A DNA stretch of 63,937 bases, counting the filler, from Conidiobolus incongruus B7586 (Eukaryota), in the NCBI GenBank assembly GCA_000697335.1. It is 18 parts of 18 records of this genome, joined end to end, with 100 filler letters (N's around TTAATTAATTAA, not from the genome) between each part and the next. Parts side by side here need not be neighbours in the genome. Positions count along the whole stretch, not along the records: positions 25,414 to 26,850 come from JNEM01000320.1; positions 26,951 to 31,011 come from JNEM01000321.1; positions 31,112 to 34,198 come from JNEM01000322.1; positions 34,299 to 38,176 come from JNEM01000323.1; 14 more parts are not named here. The stretch is one strand, 5' to 3'. Both the position numbers and the translations under genes were made by a program. A model generated the notes under the pieces. That model saw nothing but the letters and a program-made list of their open reading frames with translations. It ran no database searches and was not told where the DNA came from. Shown here piece by piece: positions 25,414 through 38,276 of this stretch. Position 1 is the stretch's first letter, and each line of letters begins with the position of its first letter.

Positions 25414-26850
25414 CCTTTGTATAATTAAGTTATATTAACACGAAATATAAACTTTAATATTCATTATTGAATTTTTATTTAACATCGAAATAACCTTATA
25501 TTCAAGGAACGTCGTTTGGAGTTACTAAATTTATATAATCTTATTTCTGATTTTCTGAAAAGTTGCTTGTATAAATATTTTTATTTTATCAAGTAGGATA
25601 TTGCTTTCACCTAATTTAAAAGGTTATATTAGGTATCATAGAATAAGTTAAACCTGAATTTATCTCAACTTCATATAGTTTTAACCTTCTTAGCTTTATC
25701 CAAAAATCCAAGATTTTTTAAAATTTTAATTTATTCAAATCAACCTACATAACATTGATTTTTATATTTTTAATGATTCTTAATGAGCGCATTGCTTTCA
25801 TTCAGGTTGTGAAATATATGAATTAACTATGTTTTAAGATTCAATATAAAACTAGTAAATACTTTATATCACATTATAACCATATCTGAACAAGATATTA
25901 GTTATTTATGATATCAAATCTGATTTAAAAAGTTATAATTAATAAAAACAGATATAAATTATTTAAAAAATATGTTTAAGAACTGAATAGAGAATACTTT
26001 TAGCTCAGTTAATTAAAATTTGTTGAGTTATTACAAATTGTTAGTTATAAAATTCTAATTTAGGAAATTAACTATTCTTATTAGGTTTTAAACATTTGAT
26101 TCAAATTATGATGTAATTATTATTCAAATTATTTTAAATCTAGTTTTAATTATTAGATTTTTAAGATAAATTAAGAATATTTTAAAGAAAAAAAAATATT
26201 TTTTTAAAAATAAAAAAAATTTAAATATAAATTAATATTTATTAAATTATTAAAAAAGAATATTAATTATCTTTAAAATGAAAAACAGTTAAAGTAAATA
26301 ACATAATAAATAAATAAATAAATATTTTAAAATAGTGATTATTATAATATTATATTTTCATTGGGTAATTAACTTTTCATATTCATGGTCAAAAACGATC
26401 AAATTACTTTCAAAAATCAGGCATGAAATCATATATATATATATATTATAAAATAATATATTAGTTGTATCAAAATCAAATGAAATAATTATAAAATATT
26501 AATTTTTTTTGAAAATATAATGAATTATAACATATAATTTATACCAATTATAAAAATGAGATATTACTAAATTAGAAAATATAATAAATGAATATTGAAT
26601 ATTATTGTATAAAAATTTATATGGCTATTAAAAAAACTTCTTATGATATACTAATTTAGTATATTTTCATTAGCGTATTTTTAATAAAACTTAATATCAT
26701 TAACCTTATAAGGAATAGAAATATTTAATAAATTTTAAATATTAATTCACCATTCAAAACATGTCAATTCAATAGTTTTGAAGTTATTATATATATATAT
26801 ATATATATATATTTCATGATAGAAAATTAAAAAAAATTTTTTATCATTTA

Positions 26851-26950
26851 NNNNNNNNNNNNNNNNNNNNNNNNNNNNNNNNNNNNNNNNNNNNTTAATT
26901 AATTAANNNNNNNNNNNNNNNNNNNNNNNNNNNNNNNNNNNNNNNNNNNN
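26851..26950. other. Artificial contig-joining spacer
   Basis: N44-TTAATTAATTAA-N44. Confidence 0.98.
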
Positions 26951-28956
26951 AATATTATTTATATTGGATAAAAAAAATAATCAAATAATATTACTCAAAA
27001 ATAATTGTTAAATATAATATAATGATTTATATTACATATAATATTTTGTTCAAGCCTTGATTAAATATTAATAAATATTATTCAAATCAATAAAAATTAC
27101 AGGAAAAATAATTCGATTAATAAATCATAATCATAATTTAATTTAACTAATATATTTAATCATTAAATATTAAGTTCTTTAAATATTTTAATTTAAACAA
27201 TTATTTTAATATTCTAGTTGAATTTTATAAATATTTTTAAATTTTAATACTTTAGATTAATGAATTAAATACTTTTATTAAAATCAAAATTATTTTGAAA
27301 ATGATAAAATAATAAGATTATATTTAATTATATTGTTATTATCTTTTATTCATATAAAAAATATAATATTAAATATATTAATAATTTTATTTGATTATTA
27401 TAGAATTGATTTATTATAAAGAAAATATTGCATAAATTAAAATATAATAATAACCAATATTATTATAACTTTTAACCCCAAATAATATTTTATAAAATTC
27501 TAGATTAACCCGATATAAGTTTATTAATGATATTTATTCATTTTCAATGAATTATAGAAAAATGATATTTTATACTCAAAAATAGCTTTAACTATTAAAT
27601 ATTATTAGAAAAAGGTTTTTTATCTGATATTAATCATAATTTATAATTTATCAATAGAATTCTATTATGATCAATTTATAAATAAATTAATATATTTTAT
27701 TTATGACTATAGAATAAAAATATTTAATTATAAAATTGCAATATATCAGGAATTATATTTTTAAAAATTTAGAATTAAATAATTTAATCAATTTAAATAC
27801 TTTGTACTTTTAATTCAAAAGACCAATCAATAGAAAACATGAATTATCTTGATAATAGATTATTTGTTTATTATCAATTATATCCAGTTTGAAAGTGACA
27901 TAATATATATAATCTAAAAAAGCCAGTTTAAATTTTAAAAAAGAATTAGAGAAATATGAAATATTTCATTTAAATCAAAGTTTTTAATAAATTCATATTA
28001 AATTGATAGTTTAGAATTTAGAATATTAACAATTGTATATATAATTACAATTTTCAAATCGAATATTATCAAATTAAAATTTTAAGATTATTATATTATC
28101 TAATTTACATTAATAAAACAAAAATTAAATACATAATATCATAAATAGATATATGGCAATAGAAATCTTTAGAATTATGAACTTGCCTGAGTTATGAAAT
28201 ATTACTTTATTATTAAAATAGTAGTGAAATTCTAATTCAAATTATAAGTAAAAAATAAATCTCCAAAATACAGCTATTTTAAAATAATAATCTTAGGATC
28301 ATTATTTTAATATCAATTAAAATTGGAATATTAAAAGAAATTTAAAATTAATACCAATATAGTTAAAAACTGATATAAATTTAACATAAAAGATCAAATT
28401 ACAAACTCTATTAATTTGAATAACTAAGAAAATATATCAACATAATAAACTATATTAAATTATTTTTGTAATGTTATTATATCATTGAAAATCAGAATTG
28501 TTAATATCAACCCATTGAGTTGTATCATAAATAAAAATCATACAAATATTATATTTTTTTAAAATGAATTTTAAATGCAATATTAATAACAACTATTGTT
28601 ATTTTTTATATTTAATGATATGTGCAATCTTATATAATAAGTCTCAAATTTGATGAATTTTGAGATTATTCAAATGAATAATGTCAGTAAATTTACCAAC
28701 ATTAAAATTTCACTTTTCATTTAATGATATATCTTGGTGAACCTTAATTGATAATTTAATCAATAGATCATAAATTTTAAATATAAAATTTAGCCTTAAA
28801 TTTGTTAAAATATAACAATAATTTATTTGAAATATTTGATAATAAATATTATTTTTATTACTAGAAATAATCCCACAAATGAAATTATTGAAATTAACTG
28901 TATAAAGCATTAATTTAAATTATTCTAAGAATTTTAAAAAAAAATACAATACAAAA

Positions 28957-29376
28957 ATGTCTGAATTAAATATTACTCTACAATTTAGGTAAAATAATAA
29001 AATTAATTAAGTGATTTTAATGTTAATATATATAAGTGGAGGCATGGAATTATTATTTGATAAACAAACCGAAATTAAAGCTAAAATTCCGTCCAAATTC
29101 AATAACTCTAACACCAATATGAAAGACCTAATTGAATACGTTAAAAATAATTTTTTAAAAGAACGTCCCGAATTGTTTGTGGATGGAGATACTGTGTAAG
29201 TTTCATGATACATATATATATATTTATATAATTACAAGTATGATTAAATATAATTTAGCCGTCCTGGTATTTTAGTATTAATTAATGAGGCTGATTGGGA
29301 ATTGGAAGGTGAATTAGAATACGAAATTAACGATGGTGATAAAATTGTTTTTATTTCCACTCTGCATGGTGGTTAA
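28957..29376 (+). CDS. URM1: Ubiquitin-related modifier 1, 3 exons, 102 aa
   Basis: Exons are 28957-28988, 29037-29195 and 29259-29376; the GT-AG introns are 48 and 63 nt. The spliced product reads [21 protein letters not shown]...[52 protein letters not shown], including the diagnostic [13 protein letters not shown] and C-terminal STLHGG. Confidence 0.97.
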
Positions 29377-29630
29377 ATTCAATCATATATTCAAAATTGA
29401 ACCATTCTAATTAAATATATCTATTCATATATTTATATCTTTCATTTTTAGTAAATAAGTATAAACTATTCTATTAAAATAAACATAATATAACTTTTTA
29501 CAAAATACTTTCAGGATGGTTATATTCATGTTTTTAGAATTATTCATATAATAATAACTTTGTTATCAAATATATTTTATTTAAAATACTAAATATAATA
29601 TAATTAAAATCAATATCATTAATTAAGATT

Positions 29631-29705
29631 TTACTTAAGAGTAAAAAAAATAGGGAATTTTTGAATTTCTGACATTTTAAAGGTATTGTTAGTTTTGAAA
29701 AAATT
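29631..29705. repeat. Short dispersed repeat (same family as 13711-13782 and 61561-61635), inverted
   Basis: aaaaaaatagggaatttttgaatttctgacattttaaaggtattgttagttttgaaa is the reverse complement of the pattern at 13711-13782. Confidence 0.5.
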
Positions 29706-31011
29706 ATATAAGAATTAAATAAAAGAATTTTTAGCATTCAATAACATATGTAATATTTGTGAAAAAAATTTTGAAAATTATTAGATAAATTTAATTATAT
29801 TATAACTAAATAATAAAAGTCAATAGTTATTTATTTTAATATTATTTATATTGAGTCATAGTTCCTTTAAAATAATTTGAAATTTATAACTTAATAATTA
29901 AATATTATATTTGATAATGTCATTTGTTAATAGATTTATTAATTTTTATATTATAAAATTGTCCAAAATTTATGAAAATTTTGTAATTTATTATTTTTTA
30001 TTGATAAATATAAAAGGAATAAATTATTTTAAAAAATACCTCTTTGATTAATTTTGAATAATATTAGAATACTTATATAATAATTATTTAAATATATTTT
30101 TAATATTAAAATCCAAATTTAAAAAATAAATATATAAATTAAAAAACTATATATTAAATTAATTATAACAATAATAAATTAATTAATTTAGATTTAAAAA
30201 CCAATATTTTTATCTTAATTTATTAATTTTTATAAATTAAAATTATTATTTTATAATTTAATATTAGTAATTAAATATAATATCATTTTAAATAAAAAAA
30301 ATCTTTTTTAAAAAATTTATAAAATTATATAGTTTATGAATAAATATTGATTTTTATTTTTAATTATAAAAATATATAATATTTTTAATCTAGTTTTTAT
30401 ATATAAATATTAAATATAAAATTATTTTTATATTAAATTTATATGATGGGATATAAAGGGTGAAATTTTTAACAAGTTTTTTGGAAATATATATGGATAA
30501 ACTAGATGGCAAATTAAACTTAAGAGTATTATTTTTTTAAATCTGTTTAAAAATTAATAATAAATATTTAAAATAATATATATTTTCTTTATCTTTAGCT
30601 ATCATATATATATTATCATAATATATATCTTAGAGTTTTATCTTTCTTTAAAATAAGTTATATCTATATAAATCTATTATATAATAGGATAGCTAGAGGT
30701 TTAAATTATAAGGTTTCTTGAGAGCTTAAACTATTGTTTTATATAACTAATTAAGGTTATTTTTTTAATTAACTTTATAAATATTTTATTTTACTAACTT
30801 TTAAACTTATTAGTTAAGTTAATGAAAAAATTAAATATAATAATTACTATAGTGCTAAATATAACTAGGTTTATTATAGATGATCTAATAATAAATAAAT
30901 TAACTAATATTGCAATTATAAATATTATTATAATTATATTAAATATTTTATTCAATAACTTTATAAAAAGTTAAAATTACTTAATTTTATTTAATTAAAA
31001 AATAAAAAAAA

Positions 31012-31111
31012 NNNNNNNNNNNNNNNNNNNNNNNNNNNNNNNNNNNNNNNNNNNNTTAATTAATTAANNNNNNNNNNNNNNNNNNNNNNNNNNNNNNNNN
31101 NNNNNNNNNNN
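31012..31111. other. Artificial contig-joining spacer
   Basis: N44-TTAATTAATTAA-N44. Confidence 0.98.
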
Positions 31112-31595
31112 AGATAATAATAATATATTCTAAATTGATTTAATTTTTAAGATATAATATATTTATAATAGCTTTAATATTATTTGATTAATAAATTTAT
31201 TTTTATTAATTTTTTTAAAATTTTTAAAAAATATTAATTATTTTACATAATAAATATAAAATATATATAAAGTAAAGCTATAAAAAATATCTTAATTCAA
31301 AATATTTAGAATTAGCTATTATATTTAGTATATTTATTAAATGAAAACTTATATATTTATAATTACTTTAGATAATTAAAAAATTAGAATATAAAAATAA
31401 TTCCAAAAATTAATTAATTAGTTGATAAAATATTAAATTTTAATTTTAATAAAAAGAATTATTATTTAAGGGTTAAAAATTAGCAAAAAGTTAATAATAA
31501 TAATAATAAAAATATATTAAATTTAGATTATAAATTATAATCTTTATTTAATTTTAATCTCAAGAAATTCTTATTATACAAAAACTAGAGTAATA
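31112..31595 (+). mobile_element. Degenerate 3' half of a mariner (DD34D) element
   Basis: Aligns by eye with about 63150-63641: attattttacataat (IILH[D]N), aaagctataaaaaa, aattactttagataattaaaaaattag, tagcaaaaagttaataataa ([W]QKV..N) and the terminus aaattcttattatacaaaaactagagtaa-TA. Confidence 0.65.
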
Positions 31596-32083
31596 TTTTT
31601 ACTGTTTTTTTTCATTTGGATCATCATATAATAATTTAATTTATTCACTAGTTTCTAACTTAAAATTAATATATATATATACATATATATAATGGTATTT
31701 TGTCCTAATAACAATTATTGCGTTTAATTATTGATATCAAATATAGTGTTTGATTGAGAATAAGTTTTCAAATAATATTCATATTCTCTTTTCAAAATAT
31801 AATGTTTAAATAAAAACTAAAAAACCTAAAATAATCAATAATTTTTCATTGATATTTTCATTTTTTTAAGTTAATACCTTGAATCAAAATTTTTTTATTT
31901 CAAAAATCTTCAGTTTAGAGTAAAAATTCATTATTTACAATTACATTCTAAATGATATTTAGCTTTTTTGTTATATAATTTTATTTAAAAATTATAAAAA
32001 TTATAAAAATATGATTATAAGTTTAATTACAATGAGTTTAAACTATATTAAATATAAATTTAATTAAGAATTATTAAAACTAT

Positions 32084-32556
32084 TGTCACGAGTCAGGTGA
32101 GACCCTTCTACCCAAGTATTATTACATCAATCTAATGTTAAAGTCATTTCCCCCTCACATACCATCTGCTCCCTCTCTATCTTTTAATTGGCCCAATGAT
32201 GCAAATAACCGGAGAATCTCATGAATCACCTTACCCAACTCACTCTTTATAAAACCCGAAATTAGAGCTATCATCAACAGGAAGCGTTTGATCAGGATCC
32301 TCCTGGCTGTTTGACTTAAACCAATAAACCCCCTATATCCCTAGCACTTACCTGGAATTCCCCAAATATGTCTCTTGTATTTAAACTACTATGGAAATGG
32401 CTTTGTCAAAACGCGTTACTATTTTCATTTTTACATTACACTAAATGCTTAGCTTTAGAACCTTTATTGTTATATTCTGTTATACATTTATATTATCATA
32501 AGTTCAATATTACTGAAATCAATGTAGCTTTATTATTTTGTTTGAACTTTATAACA
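32084..32556 (+). mobile_element. Probable solo LTR of an LTR retrotransposon (about 473 bp)
   Basis: GC-richer island bounded by TGTCACGA...TTTATAACA (imperfect inverted TG...CA ends), with two CCAAT motifs, a TATA-like TGTATTTAAAC and a T-rich 3' half. No clean target-site duplication. Confidence 0.5.
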
Positions 32557-33821
32557 CACTTTTCAAAAACGATTTATATATCTATTATCAAGCTATTTTC
32601 ATTTCATTAAATATTGATTTTTCTAAATTCAATTTTATAGATTATTTGCATATTAAACAGATTTTAATACAATTACCCATATAACATTCATAACTTGTAT
32701 GGTAATTTTATTCAGTTTTTAATTTAAATAACTCTCATACTAATTTTTAAAATATAATTCACAATTTAAAATAACAATAAATTCAGTATTTGACCATCAT
32801 CAATAAGGGTTTACAAATTAGCCAATTGTTACATAATTGATAATAACATTGATCAAATTGATTAAATTATATAACATGGTTATATAAAATGTGCTTTAGG
32901 GGTATCAATATAACTTTCAGAGTATTTATTTAATTTCAATATTAATATCTCTCAATGGGTTAATAAGTTGAAAATAAAGGTAAGAAATCGGTAAAGTCGT
33001 TAGTAAAACAAAGAAAGATCCGAATTTTTTAAATGTTTTGATATTAATACTAAAATCAAGGAATTAATAAAATTGATAATATAACAATTTATATTGGTCT
33101 CACTTACTCTTCGTTATTTATTTGATTAACAAATTTTTGATGATTAATTTCTTTTTCATCCTTTAATTCATTATTAAAATTTTTAAAATTTTTTAATAAT
33201 TCAATTGATTCTTCTAAATATTAAAATTAATTAATAATTAAAATTAATTTTTGAATTATTATTGTTTTTTACCATTCACTAAATATGCCATGGTTATTTT
33301 ATATAGGTTTAGAATAAATAATTTAGTATAACTATTTTATCAATTATTTTATATATGCTAATACAAATGATACAAAGTTTGATTTAAAAATTGAAATATA
33401 ATAACCTATTTATATTGTTAATAATTTACTAAAGTTATAATTCTTTTATATTTATTAAAACCTGAAATTGAGCGGACCCAATATAAATTTTTTTTAATTT
33501 TATTCTAGTGCGAAATATTACAAGTTAAGTTTTTGCGAATGATTCAAGATTATTGCTCAAATTGTTAAACTAAAAAATTATTAGATTTGATCTAATTTAT
33601 ATACTAAATTTGGTAATATTTTACGACAATATGATGGACAACTTATTTTGAGTTTTCTCATAAATGAACTATTTATTAGAAATTTTTCAAAAATTTAAAA
33701 AAAAATGTGCAAAAACTAGTTTCATTTATTGTGTATTAGTAAATCATGAGGAATATTACTGAATTATTTGGCATTTAGTAAATATAATTTGTCAATATTA
33801 TTGAAGGTTGAATAATTCTAT

Positions 33822-34198
33822 TATTAGTGTAGAAATTAAGTAATGGCATAATTTTACAATTAAATTAAATAAATAAAATAAAATTAATATTTCTTTTTAT
33901 TATTAATAACTTTTTTCCATATTGTATAGCAAGCTTCTAATGTTTAAAAAATAGTTCCTTTTATTAAAAACTAAAATTTGATATTATATGAAATAATTTT
34001 ATTTATTTACAGGAATTTATTTTTTATGATATCCAATTTTTAATTTATTTAAATAATTAAATTATATAAATTACAATTAGGTGAATATATTAGATATAAT
34101 AACTCTTTTTAATTTTTTTATAAAAAATCTTTTATTGCTTGAATTTTATAAATTATATAATTATTTTATATAATAATAGATATTTTTAATTTATATTT
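33822..34198 (-). mobile_element. Degenerate 3' part of a mariner (DD34D) element, cut by the contig end
   Basis: The minus strand reads TAT CTA ATA TAT TCA CCT AAT TGT AAT ([H][P]IYSP[D]CN) and ...TGG AAA AAA GTT ATT AAT AAT...TAT TAA (W.KVI[D]N..Y*). Homologous to 57777-58273. Confidence 0.65.
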
Positions 34199-34298
34199 NN
34201 NNNNNNNNNNNNNNNNNNNNNNNNNNNNNNNNNNNNNNNNNNTTAATTAATTAANNNNNNNNNNNNNNNNNNNNNNNNNNNNNNNNNNNNNNNNNNNN
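34199..34298. other. Artificial contig-joining spacer
   Basis: N44-TTAATTAATTAA-N44. Confidence 0.98.
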
Positions 34299-35651
34299 TT
34301 TTAATAGAATAAATAATATCTTCTAAAATTTTTTTATTAATTAATAGAAAAATAGTAATAAAAGTCATTTTTTATTATAAGTAAATATTAAACAATATTT
34401 CTTTTAATTTTTAAATAATAAATATTATAATAAACTGTAAATTTTAATATCTAATTGTTTTATAAGTTATTTATAAATTTTGGTTAAATATAAAGGATTG
34501 ATAGTTGAGTTTTATTGATTTTCAAATGAAAAACTTTTGATATATTATTATTTAGTTAAAAAAATATTTATATTTATTTTAAAATTTTGAATTAATATAA
34601 TTTTAAAAATTATACATAGTTTAAATATTTTTACAATATTAATCCCACCTTATTTTCTATAAATATCTAATTTTTAAAATTGGCAATATATTTGAAAAAT
34701 TAGAAATTAAAATAATAATAGTATATTAAAAAAAGAGAAATGATATATATAAGTTAAATTAATATTATTTATATAGTTAATTAAACGTTAAAAATATAAA
34801 TTAGATTAAAAACAATAGGTTAATATAAATATAGAGGTATGTATAGGAGTTTGGAGAACTAATGTCATAATATAGCAATTCTCAATAATTTCGTTCAATT
34901 AATAAACAATCACTTTTATTATATTGTTATATTTAAATTATATTACAAATGACATATATTATTTAGATTGACGGTCAATAATAAACATGCCTATAATGAT
35001 TTAAAATTTGATAATAATTATGCTGAAAATATTTTAAATTATTAATATTTAAAACACTGGCTAATTCAACTATTAATAATATAATATTAAATAAATATAT
35101 GAAAATGAAAATAATTCCAAAAAATAAATAATAACAAAAAAACAAAGAATTTAAATATATAAATTAATAGAATAATATTAGTAAAGATTATGACATATAA
35201 TTAAAAATAAGAACTCAAGTTGAAAATAATTAGAATCTTGAAATATTGGATAATTTATCATTATATTATTACTATATATAATATTTAAAACTCAATTTTT
35301 TAATAATTTTTATTTCACAGTATATATAGTTTATTAATGAGTACAAGTAATATTCAAAATTGATACCATCTTAGGATAAATTATTATTATTTAATATTGT
35401 ACATCAGTATATATGACATTATAACTAATAAAATATCATGACAGATTAAATTAATTTAAATCATAATAAGAGTTAAAAGGATAAAAATTTTAACGCAAAT
35501 TTACCTATTGACACTTATTAGAATTTTTATAAACTTTTTAAATAAAATTTGAGTTAATTTACGTGACTTTTTGAATTGAAATTACAAATATATGTCAAAA
35601 TAATTATCTGAAAATAAACCAATAGTATAAAGATAAAATTATGTATTCCCC

Positions 35652-35903
35652 CTAATTGGATGAAGTAACTATGGATATTGGCTGGCACTGCTGATTTTCT
35701 AAAGGTGGTGAATATGGCGGGGGAAGGCTATTACAATCAGGATTATTTGACGGATTATATAGTGGTAGTGTATTGGTGCTAGATTGGACCAAGTTGGAAA
35801 CATTTTGAGCTGACCATTGCTCATCTTCCTTCTTTGAAACGATACACCATAAAATTACAATTATTGTTACTACAGTCAAAATTATTATTACAGAATAGAG
35901 CAT
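35652..35903 (-). CDS. Small single-pass membrane protein with PY motifs, 83 aa
   Basis: N-terminal hydrophobic helix followed by SKK, then LPLY and LPPPYSPP. The ORF forms a GC-richer coding island with an A-rich ATG context. Confidence 0.75.
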   Translation of the reverse strand: MLYSVIIILTVVTIIVILWCIVSKKEDEQWSAQNVSNLVQSSTNTLPLYNPSNNPDCNSLPPPYSPPLENQQCQPISIVTSSN

Positions 35904-38176
35904 TTCTGATTTTTATTTTTTAATATTTATTATGTATTTTGAGTAGTTTAAATAGAGTTGCAAAAGCAAGCAATAAAATGTATTCAATTCACTATTTATA
36001 GTTGAATTATCAACTTTAATTATTCCTTAATCTAGTTTGAATTTATTATCTGGAATCATCGAATAAATAGGATTAAAATTTTATTAATTTTATCGTTTCA
36101 TTTATAAAAATCAATTTCAATTGGTTGAATTGTAAAATTACTTGTTTGATAGAATATTCGTTAGAGTATAAAATATTGAATTATTTATATATATGGCATA
36201 TGATATAGATTAAAATCTAACATCATACTATAATATATATTAGACTGAGATTAAACTGGGGTTATATTAAACCTATTATAAAATCTCAAATTAAAATTTT
36301 CTATATAGAAATTCAAAATATTGTTAATTGAAGATAACTTTTCTTGCTATTAAAATTATTGAATTTGATTAATTAAATATATTCTATATTTTTGTGTAAT
36401 TTATTAAAATATAGTGATATGAGTAAATAATACTACAGCTTTGTATATGTTAATGTAATATTTTAAAATTATAATATTTTGATTTTAAATTGATAATGCA
36501 AAAATAAAATTCATTGGTTTTTTTAATAGTTGCGTAGTTCTAATCTAAAATGTTAAGAAAAGCTGTGCATTTGTACCTTTTTTCGCCTTATTATCCCATT
36601 CCAATTCTTTTACTCAGTTCTTGAGTCAAAAAGATTTTTTTTCCAGATTTTAATCAATATTTAAATCTATCTACCGAAATGTTATTTATTTATGTGTAGA
36701 GTTGCAATAATATCAAATATAATTTCATCTATAATATTGAGGTTTACTTTTTAAATATTTTAAAATGGGAAACTCTTTTGATTCAAATAGTCTATTTAAT
36801 TTCTAATTCAAATATATTATATTATTATAAATATATATCTGTGTAAAATAATACAATGATTCATTATTAACTGATTAATAAAACTTTCAAAAGAAAGCAT
36901 TTCGATAGGTTCAATCAAAATCAAATATTGAAATAATTAAATATACAAAAAATTTATATATTAATATATAGGTTTTTGGTTTAAATTTTGGTATATCCTG
37001 TATACATATCATTCATAAATCACATATAATAAATAGAATTTTTTAAATATTAATGAAGTTAGTCAACTAAAGACAAAATTGTAATATAAATATAAGTGTT
37101 ATATCAATATCTAAATCTAAGATCATTTATTATAATAATTTCAGCCGATAAACACCATTAAGTTTATCAAAGCCAGACAAGCTATTTATATAAATATATA
37201 TATATATTTGATTTGGTATACAGTATTGATTAGTCAAAATATCAAGGAAATTTTTCAATCATTAATAATAATTTGAAGAAAATTTGAATTTTATATTAAT
37301 AAATTTATTAAATTAAAATTTAATATTTTCTACTAAGCTAAAGAATAATAAAATATAGCAAATGGTACGGTTAAGTTACCTAAAATAATTTGAAATTAAT
37401 CAAGTCATCAAGTACAAAATTATGATTAAAAAATTATAAAAGAGAATTCATATAAAATTATGATATAATACGATAGATCGCTATATAAATGCTGATTTAG
37501 ATATATAAAATAATTTTTAATATAATTTTAATTTAATCATTCATTATACATTAATCCAAAAACATTTGAAAATATATAATATTTATGTTTACTCTAATCA
37601 TTAAAAGAAATTAATAGATATTAAATGAAAATAATTTATCTAATACAAATCAAATATTATTTTAATATATAAATTAATATTATGTCTCAATAATTTTATT
37701 ATGAAATATGTCTATCAAATATATAATGAATATTTTTTATAATATTTTCATAATAAAATTAGTAAAAATATTTAATTAGATTTTGTATGCAATTTATTTT
37801 TTATATTAATATATTTCAAATAAATCAAATAGTGATTTTTATTAAATTATCAACTAGAAAAAAAATTTCATTTATAATTAATACTCTCCTTTAATAATTT
37901 GAAATTTAAGTTGAATATTAAAAAAACTTTATATTAGAGCAAAAAAACTATAAATTGAGATATTATTAGAAATAATTATAATTTAGTTTTTAATTTTATT
38001 ATATTTATTAATTAAAATAAATACTTGAAAAATATTTCAAATTAGATAAATTTCTTTTTGATATAAATTATAAAAATTCAATAATAATTTAACTATTTTG
38101 TAAAATTAATTTATATTATAAAATATTAGAATTAAATAAAATTTTGGAATAATCAAAGTATTTATATTTTAATAAT

Positions 38177-38276
38177 NNNNNNNNNNNNNNNNNNNNNNNN
38201 NNNNNNNNNNNNNNNNNNNNTTAATTAATTAANNNNNNNNNNNNNNNNNNNNNNNNNNNNNNNNNNNNNNNNNNNN
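38177..38276. other. Artificial contig-joining spacer
   Basis: N44-TTAATTAATTAA-N44. Confidence 0.98.

Noticed and set aside
28710..29737. ORFs 28710-28910, 29007-29213 and 29540-29737, and the GTG start at 29011
   Set aside because: AT-rich chance ORFs or antisense to URM1; 29011 lies inside URM1 intron 1.
30440..30930. TAG/CTA-rich stretch starting near TATAAAGGGTG that looks like another eroded element
   Set aside because: Could not recover any transposase or gene motif, or a matching second end.
32345..32355. CACTTACCTGG resembling the 5' end of U1 snRNA
   Set aside because: Downstream U1 elements (GATCA loop I, ATTGCAC loop II, Sm site) are absent.
32368..32610. 80-aa hydrophobic ORF
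   Set aside because: Lies in the T-rich half of the putative LTR and runs past its end; the hydrophobicity follows from T-richness.
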